Assembly (NCBI GenBank): GCA_040954595.2
Contig: CM082582.2
Location: 5,874,303-5,938,302 of the forward strand
Length of the DNA: 64,000 bases
Source of the DNA: Balanoglossus misakiensis
Taxonomy: Eukaryota; Animalia; Hemichordata
Direction of reading: 5' to 3'
The notes beneath the pieces are model-generated. The model saw only the letters and a list, made by a program, of their open reading frames with translations. It was not told where the DNA came from and did no database searches. Below are positions 38,127-64,000 of the stretch, piece by piece. The position numbers were made by a program, and so were the translations under genes. Numbering within the stretch: position 1 is the first letter of the stretch; each line of letters starts with the position of its first letter.

Positions 38127-41100
38127 TTATGTGTTAACACCAGAGCTGTCACTTGCATACTCTTCAGCAATTTTAATCCAAGAAGAACTAAGCGATGTAC
38201 AGTGGGCATCTTCATTTCGAGCAGACGACTCTTGTCTCTGTTCATCGTATGAAGCGCTGGAGCTCATCTTGTGCGAAGCAAACTGTTCCAGTCTTTCATT
38301 GAAAGAGACATCACCAGCAGTTTTCTTCTCTCCTGTGGAATGCTTTTCCCTCACACTCTCATCATTTCTTTTCCCACTGAGGTCACGCTCTCTGTCATAA
38401 TCTCTCTTAGCCTGTAGAGCTCTCTCAAAGGATCTCTCTCTGTTGGGGGATCGGTCTTCGCGCTGGTACCCCCCTGTGCTTTGACCAGGCGACCTCCCTT
38501 GATCTTTGCAGTCGTTCGGGCGGGAGTATCCGTCACTGTAGTCACCGACGCTCTCGCTTTGCGATCTCTTTCTGTGTGTTGATTCACTACTGTGGTGCGA
38601 CCTGCTGTCAGAGTCTCTGCTTTTGCCGCGACTTGTCTGAGACGCCCTGGTCAACTCTCCCTCACTCTTTCGCCGTCGCTTGCCTCCGATTCCATCACCG
38701 TACTCCGGCTCTTGAGGTGAAGAATTCCACCGTTTGCGCTTGTGGCCACGTTCATTTCTGCCACTGACGTCCCGTCTAACGGGCGATCTCTCTCTGTATT
38801 CTTCATCACTGCTGCTGTAAGACCGGCGACTTCCTTTACTTCTGCGTCTACTGCCGCTTCTACTGCTGTGGTCTCGCCTACCAGTCGACCTGTCCCCATA
38901 ATCTTTCTCGTGGCTGTCCCGAGACCGGCGCCGGTCTTTGCTCGACCGATACTGGCGTTTCTCTTCACTTTTAACACTGTACTCTTGTCTACCAGGTGAT
39001 CCGTCTCTATACTGCCCTTCCCTGCTGCGCCGGCGTTTGTGTTCACTTCTTCTACTGCTCTGATCCGGTGATCTTTCTCTGTACCCGTCCTCGCTTCTGA
39101 CGCGAGACTGACGTCTAGTTCTTCTATCACTTCCACGGCTGCTGTCCCGTGTACCAGGTGACTTATCTTTGTACGTGTCCTCACTGCTGCTAGAAGACCG
39201 ATGTCGGTGGGGGTTTTCACTTCTGTGACCGCTACGAGGTGACCGATCTCTGCGTTCGTCGTCCTCACTGCTGCTCTGAGACGGATGCCGTGATTTCCCC
39301 GACTGATGTCTGTGTCTGCTGTCACTACTACGGTCACTGTCCTGCTTACGAGATGAACTGTCTCTGTACAGCCCGTCACTTTTATCAAGGGAATGACGTC
39401 CATGCCTCCTGCCACTTTCGTCTCCATGTTCTCGACTACCTGCTGATCTATCTTGATAGTGTTCTATATTGCTGTCATATGACTTTTCACGCTTGTGTTT
39501 AGTTTCCGTTTTACCACTCTTCTTGTGCTGTTCACTCGATGACCTGTCTCCATACTGACCCTTCACAATATACCTTTCTCTGCTCACATCACCAGTCTCT
39601 CCACTGTCTTTACCGTGATACTCATCAAGGGGTTTCGGAACCTGCTTGTCATCATGTCTCCTTGGTGACCTATCTCTGAGCTTGTGTTTTCCACTTTGCG
39701 CTTCCTCACTCTCTTCGGAAATTTCACCTCTGTCTCTTTTCTGACTCTTCTTCGAAAATCTATCTCTGACTGAACTATCACGCCTCTCGGAGGACACCTC
39801 TCTAGCCTGGGCACGTCTCTCAAACGATTCAGATTTCAACTGGTGGCCCTGTCTGTCGTAGCCAGCCATTTCTTTTGTTTCCTTGCTTTTGTCTTGTGGC
39901 TGAGAGTGAAGCCCCTCTTCTTCAGACTTGCGTCTTTTGCGAGTATCTCCCTTGCTGTTGGAATGGGAATCAGGGATAGGCCCTTCTCCACTGTGTTTTC
40001 TCCTTCTGTAGGACCGTTCATTCTCATCAGATTCATTGTCTGACGATGATGACGGAGATCTGATACTTCTTCTCTTCTCTTTGTTATCCTTCTGTTTTGT
40101 TGCCCTGCCTGTACCCTTCCTCTCTGCACTCTCTTCTACATCACTTCCACTGAACGATGACCTATAACTTTCCCTTCTTTTCTTGTGTCCCCTTTCTCGT
40201 TTTCCCATTCCCTCTTGTGATGTGCTACTCCTAGAAGATCGTCTTTCTTTGACAAATATGACAGACACCTCATCAGACTCTCTACGTTTCTTCGATCTCT
40301 CTGGTGACGTTCGCTCCCTTTTCTTCCTCCTTTCTCGCTCTCTTTCTGAACTATCTTCATCTTGTTTGGAGAGACTTTTGTTGAGTTCTTCAGACTTGGA
40401 TCTGCGTTTGTCCTTGTCTCTCTTGTGTCCATCTGTTATTGATGACGATCTTTCATATTTGTGTTTTTTGGTCCTGGTTACAAAAATACAAAATGAACAA
40501 TAATGAAATGGTTATCCAAAACAGTGTCTTGCATGTAAATCTAAGCAGATCAATTATTTTTACCGACATATACAAATGTACTTGACCTTCAAAATTGTAT
40601 GCATTTTAATGCTTTTGAAATTTATTGTCTACTTCATGAATGTTTTAAATACTTAATTGTAACAGAGTATACCAGTATATGTTCGTTTGCAGGCATTCAT
40701 GTTTGAGTTCATGCAAGCAAGAATATGTGTGTGAGCACATGTATATATGGATTGTAAAAGAATGCCAACATACTTTTCTTTCTTCTTTTTCTTCTTTTCT
40801 CTTTTCTTTTCCTTGTCAGCTTTCAAAAGCTGCTTCAGTGTTTCTCGAGACACTTCCATCAACGACTTCTCTTCATCCAAGACTTTTTGTTCCTTTGACT
40901 CAGATGCTTTAGTTTGCTACAGTGGGAACATGTGCCAATAAGAAAATGTCACAGCACGACATTTCCGAACAAATTTTGTTATTGTTTATGACATTGCATG
41001 CAGTGGAATGAGTTAAAACACACATGCAAATCAAGAAATTGGTTATGAATGTGAGAAATAAGAAAAAAAGAACAGAAGAGATAAAAACAGAGAACAGTCA

Positions 41101-44100
41101 TAAAGATGCAATTTGGGAAAATAAACAAGGAAATGAGAAATGAACCAATGACCGGAACATGCAACACGGATATACAGTTATTTACAGAGAATTTCATTGA
41201 AATGAACATGAAATCAGTAAGAGAATGAATGAATGAATGAATGAATGAATGAATGAATGAATGAATGAATGAATGAATGAATGAATGAATGAATGAATGA
41301 ATGAATGAATTTTGTCACATATTCATTCAAATTATTTGTGTGATTTTAATAATATTTTTGATGTGAAATTTGTTTGTTCATTTCAATAAAAATACACAAC
41401 CCAAGGAATTGACCAATTCATTTGATCAGCAGATTGATTTTGGAGACAGGTACGAATTTGTTGGAAAAGGGAACAATTGAATCATTGTTTTTTACATGCA
41501 GTTGGTAGTGTGTGACCAAAATAATTATCAAAAGTCAAGTGCATATCAATTTAATCAATTTATCAGCATATCACAGATAGATATTTATCCATTTAATCAC
41601 CAGATGATTGATCAAGGAGCCATCAAAACCATTACAACAGACAAACCAATTTGTAGTTGATGAAGAAACATCCAGCCAATCAATAATGCAGCAAGGTCCA
41701 ATAGATCAACAGGTGGTCAGCAGCCAAGTTTAAAATCATCCGGTCAACAGGTGGTCAGCAATCCAACCAATCAGGTAGATACACAGAAAGATGAAGATTC
41801 GACCAATAGTTCAACAGATCCGCAGTCAGGTGACAAGCCATCCAACCAATCAGCATGGAGTGTTGTCATACGGTGAAGAGACACCCATCCAACATGAAAT
41901 AGGGTCAGTCATGTAAAGAAAAGAAAAGTGAATGTAAGACTTGGATGGCTCCAATTCTTTCAATAGATACTGCCACCATACTACTGTAAAACGCGATATC
42001 GAGAGAGGCCACTGTTTCGCGAGTATTAATTTTCGCGTTCTCTTATTTCATTCACTGTATTGTAAGGAACGTGAATAGTTTACCTTAATAATGTCATCTT
42101 CTTTCTGTTTCCGTAGACGACGCAAGTTTGTTTCAGCATCCACCATATTGGAGTCAGTCACTAAAACTCTCTCATACAAATTAATGGCTTGTTCAATGTC
42201 GCGTTGATCTTCACATCTGCATGAAGAGACAAAGCAATGGAGTTATACAGTCAATATATACTGGGTTACAACTTTGTCTGGGTTGGCACAGGGCTAACCT
42301 AGACAATCTCTTAAACCAGCTTCTTCTCTTAGTGTGTAATCTTAGTGTATGAAAGTATTAGAAATAGACTTTTGTGCTTTATTTCCAAAACATGAGTCAA
42401 TCTGGACATTTTTGTGCAAAAGAGTGTGGGTCTCACTCTACAGAAGGAAGTATTTTAAACACAAAGCAAGCATTCTGAGCATCATATGAAAAGTTACAGC
42501 AACTGTCATGATTCATTTGACTTACTCTTTGGCTTTGACCATTAACGTTAAGCATAAGTATTTCCGAGCATTACGATGAGTTGGATTGACTTTAAGGGCA
42601 TCTTCAAAGTCTGTAATGGCTTTATCAATGTTATCTTTCTTGGCATATCTGAAATGAATCAAGATGAAGATATCAAGATTTTAAAACATTTCAAATATAT
42701 TATAAATAATTTAAATACATAAATAAATAAATAATCTATATTTTTTATCAATAATTATCAGTTTACAAAGTTTTGAGCAAGAGTGATGCAACTCCTTTCT
42801 GACAAGTACTAAAGAAGGCAATGTTTCTTCAAGATTTTATATTATTCATGTATAATTCTCTACTAGATAAACAATGACAAAGTTGCTATTTTTCTATTTT
42901 CTCCAATAACAGTAACAGTTGTCAGTCGTAGTTACCACTTTAAATTTTAGTGTAAACAATTTGGAAAATGACATAGAACATCAATAAATTAACATAGAAG
43001 CGACAATATATACCCATCATAATATAATGATAACAAAATCTTTTCATAGTCCAATATTCATCGTAATGGATCACTTACAAAGCTCCTCTTGCAACCAAAG
43101 CCTCTGTGTTATGCTTATCCAGTTGTAATGCATGGTTGAAATACTGCATAGCCTCCACATACTGGCCCTCTTTGAACAGATCCACACCTTTGGCAGTGCT
43201 TCAAAAGAAAAGAAAAGAAAAGATCATCAATTCTTTGCACACAATGATGGAATATAACAACAACAAATTCAGCAGGTGGCCATACTGGAACACATTGCAA
43301 AAAGAAACTGATGTTGTTATAACAAAGTGTGTTACAAGTTAAACTTCACAAGAAACGGAAGCTTACATTAATTGATTGACCATTCCAACACACTATCCCC
43401 TGCCCCAACATCAAACCTTGATGGGACATAAACTTACTTGTGTAGAGACCATTTTTGGGACTGTTGCTGCCGAAGACTTTCTGCATAATCAACATCTGGG
43501 TATTTCACGCTATGGTAAAAAAAAACAGACAGCACATGATGAAATGGCACTAAGATTGGAGAGTGAATTCAAATTAAACCCATACCACCATCAGGAGCAG
43601 ATAAACAAGCTTCAGAATGCAACGTGACTCAAATTAATTATCTATACCTGTTAAGAGCCCTGAGCAGTGACGGTGGATTGTTTTCTTCCAACCCTAGCAG
43701 ATTTGTGAGGAAATTCACACAGTGAGGATTGGAGAATCCTACGACATCATGTATCATCTGGTCATAAGTCTCATTCTTCTCTTCCAGTGACATACTTCTC
43801 TCAAAGTGGACTGGCAGTTCGTCAGTTACAATACCCTGTACAACAGCAATAAATCACACACAGTCACCACTGGCAACCAGTTTTTGTTATAAATCTTATA
43901 TACAGGTAAAGGCGGCCTAATAATATGGCAATATGCAGTAAAACATTTCCTTACATGGTGAGACTAAATGTTGTAGATCATCATTACAACATTTGTGCGA
44001 CATATGTGAAATTATATAATTGCCTTTCATATAATATTAATATACTTTCTATTTTTAGTTGGAAGGTGTATGAGAAAAATACTAACTGTATTACTGATAA

Positions 44101-45276
44101 CATGTATAAAACATACAATTGTTCACTCACCAAATCGACTGTATCTGGCCAATCTTCGGGAACAAACAGGGACAACAATATTTTTTCCTCATCAGCTTCT
44201 ACTTTAACGACCCTACACTTCACCAGGTCGTTAACTTTGAAACTGAGGAGTGGATTGTCGTGGGACGACAGAGTTGGCATTTCCGATATCGGGCACAACG
44301 CAACCATTTCCTGGGCGTCAAACTGCCGTACTTTGTTTCCAAACAAACAGAGAACCCTTAAGAACATGCCGAAGTCGCGAATATCGACTACGCGACCCAG
44401 AACTAGGTCATCTGGTTGCAGTAACTGATACGCTCGTCTTCTCCGATTGGCCGACAAATCCACAGTCATAAACTGTTCGAGCGGTGGCATAATTGCATAC
44501 AGGGCTGAACTATCCTCCTCCCATGGGACAACAGCTGGAACATTCACATCAAAGTCCTTGTAGAACAAGTCTGCTTTCCTCGCAATGAACCTACGCAATT
44601 TCTCACCGAATCTTCCTCCGGGTGACTCTGTTGACCTGTGAAGTAAGAATGTTGTCACTATAATAATAATAATACATGTACTATGTTGAACCATATGTGA
44701 ATTGCCTACCAAGATAAGAATTAAATACTGACATTGTACAAGTTTTGTAATTGGAAGTTTTAATATGATTACTAGCAAAAAGTTTTACTTTTCGTTTGCT
44801 TGTCTTGCCTGTCTGATATGTACAGCTGAAGTTGTGAATTTGAAATACAGCCTGTTGAACCACAGTCCCTCCAATGTGAGGGACTCTGGTTGAACACAAT
44901 GCACAGTGGCTCTGAATCCATTTCAATGGTTCAGCTGGACTATATTAAAACAGCAGCAGTGAATATTACCATGGAGGTACTAAATCCTTTGCATTTGACC
45001 ATGGTCACTCCACACAGTGACCATGATCTGACACAGGTCACCCAGGTAGTCAGTTATGCAGACTTGAGCTAACCGGAAGTGCAAGTGTGTGCACGTGTGT
45101 GAGAAAATAAAGAATACATGTAGACTTACGTACCCCACTAGTTCTACCTGCTGTTCCTGAACCCCTTGAGGGATTTCCTTTGACCCAATCGGAGATGTGC
45201 CCTGTTCCTCAAGTACCAAGGTGTCAAGTTCGTCGCCATGCCAATGCACGCTCTGACGATACAGCCTTTGGTCCAT
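38127..45276 (-). CDS. TTC14: Tetratricopeptide repeat protein 14: S1-like domain, TPRs and a long Arg/Ser/Asp-rich tail
   Basis: The N-terminus [14 protein letters not shown] is followed by [20 protein letters not shown] and the S1-like [16 protein letters not shown]. TPRs read [39 protein letters not shown] and [22 protein letters not shown]. The terminal exon spans ~40475-38127. Confidence 0.93.
41222..41310. repeat. (GAAT)n microsatellite in a TTC14 intron
   Basis: About 22 perfect gaat units. Confidence 0.97.
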
Positions 45277-47888
45277 GGTGCCCAAAGGACAGTAGACTTT
45301 TAGTGTAGATCACGTACAGCGTGTGTTCCTGGAAACACCACAGACTGGCACATACGTTTACATACAATACAATAGTATTTTACATACAAGCTGTTTGATC
45401 CAATACCTTGTAGGCCTCACGACCCATCCCATCACGCTGGTTCACAAACTATCGATGCATAATCATAAAACAAAAACTTTCACACTTTTCCTGTATTTCC
45501 GTATGTCCTGATAACACAGCAATAGACAAACGTGACATCCAGGCTCCAACTCTGACTTGTAGACCGTGTTGGAACTAGCTTCGGACTCAACAACAGATTC
45601 GGATTCAAAATCCAGTTTGAGTTCCTCTTGAACCCAGCAATATTACACAAGCGGTATTTGCATACAAATGAACGGATACTAAAAATGACTGATTTCTCCA
45701 CTTCCTCTATAGCCGTGCAGAGGTACACACCGTAGTTTTAGCATCTGACCAGCCAGGTGTTTAGAATGTGAGGCATGCGCTGCTTTCGCAACCCGACAAC
45801 AGGGGCGCCCTCTATAACTTTAATTTATGTTTTTATTCAATCAATTTTTCCCAGAAATGTAGTTGTCGTTTTTCTTAAATCTCTGAACATTTTTCATTCA
45901 AGGCTTACTTTTTATAGTCTGAATAAATACGGAATTAAGTCCCTGAGTAGTTTCATTATTCATTGCCTACTGGCAGTCTACTATTGGCAATATATTTGCA
46001 TTTGTTAAAATTCCACGTTTTCAATGAGTCCCAAGTCTATGAATTCTTTGCAAATGTTTGAATAATATAAATACGCCTGAAGTCTTTGAAAAATGTATTG
46101 TGTATGTGTAGCTCTGAATTCTATGTACAGTGCTACCGGTACTCTTTCAGGCAGTGTATTTATACAGTCATTCAATGATGCCACCATATCAACTGATGTG
46201 ATTTCCCATTGCAAGTATACTTTGAAATTCAATGACTCGGGGAATCACAGAACAAAAGTGGGATGTGCAGCATGAAACTGAATATTCACTTTTAAGCATA
46301 AAAGCCATTTATTGTTAAATATAGAGTACATTGTCTCTGCAGAGCTTTATTGTATTTTGAATGACATAAAACAATTAACAATGGCAGTGTGTCACACTTA
46401 CATGTATTAGTGTCCATATTCAGAGATGTGCAATATAGAATATCATAAAATATCATTAGGCCGAGGAGAAAAGTTAAAAATTGCTCCTCAGAATCGCTGT
46501 TCTACTTCAGGCAAAGTGGAATATTTTCTTTTCAAAAATATGACAGATCATACAGATGTACTTCTTTCTGCATTATTTAATTGTTTGGCACCCTTTTAGT
46601 GATGACACCCTTTGATATCTTCTCTGGCCTGACCTTGTATTTCTCGCAGGAATTATCACAATTTAAACTGATCCATCAAATGGTAAGATACTGGTACATG
46701 ATATGACTGACCTTACAATCAATATAACTACTCAAGACATAAATTTTACGGAAGACAAAAATTATCATTGGAGGTGAGATCACAGCTCATAAAAATGTTA
46801 CCAGGTATTAATAAACAACCATCAGTTACGTGCAAATTTGTCAACTGCTCTTAAAAAGTGTTTGGGGGTGTGATAAATAGCTACATGTATACAAATTGCA
46901 CATAAATACAAGGTGTATATAATAAATATACTTTTTTTAAAATTCTATAAATGTTTTAATTAAATTACATAGGCTCATATGCAGCAACATTTATCAATTG
47001 TACTGACTCTCATATGCGTACTGGAAAATGTAAAACATTGTCTTTCTGTGTAATAAGACACTTCACCGAATTTTCAGAAGTTGTAACCACCATATTTTCA
47101 CTGTAATAGCCAATCTTGAAGTCAGTTCTATATACCGACGACGTGCGCACAATGTATTCAAAAATAAATAATTCATCATGTGACTCATGGTGGATGGATG
47201 ATTGTCACATACATATTGGTCCTTATCCACAGATATCTGGTCATTTCTGTGAATAATAAGGCTATTCACAGCAAATGGAATTGTAAAGTAAGGTATTGAT
47301 TTGATCTGCAAGAAAGGCTGTTAAGAAAAAGTCAAACATTTATATGACATGGTGTTGGACATGATAATAAAGAACCGGTACATGTATATATGACACAACA
47401 GACTCAATTTTCATTGGATTGGATTGGAGCCTATATAACACTCAGCTTTTAAACAGGTTCATCGGCACATTTGTATAAACAACTAGCTGAGCTACTTTGT
47501 GACTGAATGGTTAAATTCTTTCAGGTGCCTCCACCTGCAACCTACCACTACGGACTGAATGTACTCTGTTAAGCTTGTGGGAAAAATTGAAAAAATACAG
47601 TCTCAAAACAGGTGAACGACAAAAATCACCCTAAAGGAACTGAAGATTTCATCTATCAAATTCCTCCATACATTGTACATACCGGTACAAATGTGACAAA
47701 TGCCCATAGCTTGTGCTTATCAAAAAGCATGATAACATTTTTCACAAAAACTTGACACGGATCCACAGGGCATAGAAGACTGCACTGTCCATGTCTATAT
47801 ACATCCTTGCACCATTAAAAAATTTGTAATCAAGTCCGTGTACATCAGCTGGTCCTCCTATGAATTCAAAACAACCGTCACATTTTTT

Positions 47889-63903
<16,015 letters not shown>

Positions 63904-64000
63904 CTAAAAGGGAGAAGACCAAGATCTCAAATCATCGAATAGCTTTTGTATTACTCTTATCACAATTGACATCATCTCTCCAATTATGCATCAACATGCT

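Noticed and set aside
38131-40503. Alternate-frame and antisense ORFs, including the 258-aa one at 38651-39427
   Set aside because: They are shadows of the low-complexity TTC14 terminal exon.
43925-44428. 167-aa plus-strand ORF
   Set aside because: It is antisense to the TTC14 S1 exon and extends into AT-rich intron.
45555-45630. tRNA or SINE-like element (ggattcaaaatcc resembles a B box)
   Set aside because: No A box at the right spacing and no cloverleaf.

Overview
This is AT-rich, intron-rich animal genomic DNA from an invertebrate. Gene content, intron sizes and the NALCN pore type fit a non-vertebrate bilaterian, possibly a hemichordate or echinoderm-like deuterostome (inference). The first ~6.3 kb is a composite repeat block. 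An 88-bp satellite array and a diverged copy of it bracket a 124-bp tandem repeat and decayed minus-strand exons of unknown origin. Six multi-exon genes follow: a TRADD-like adaptor with TRADD-N and Death domains (-), an uncharacterised coiled-coil protein with a C-terminal CAP-Gly domain (-), COG7 (+), URI1 (+), TTC14 with a very long RS-type tail (-), and most of NALCN (-, 5' end outside the window). NALCN has an EKEE filter and only one visible domain II pore exon. Introns and intergenic DNA hold many small non-autonomous DNA transposons, plus an excess of TACATGTA/TACCGGTA octamers that look like excision footprints. All exon boundaries were read by eye from GT-AG sites and frame continuity. 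No database search was run.
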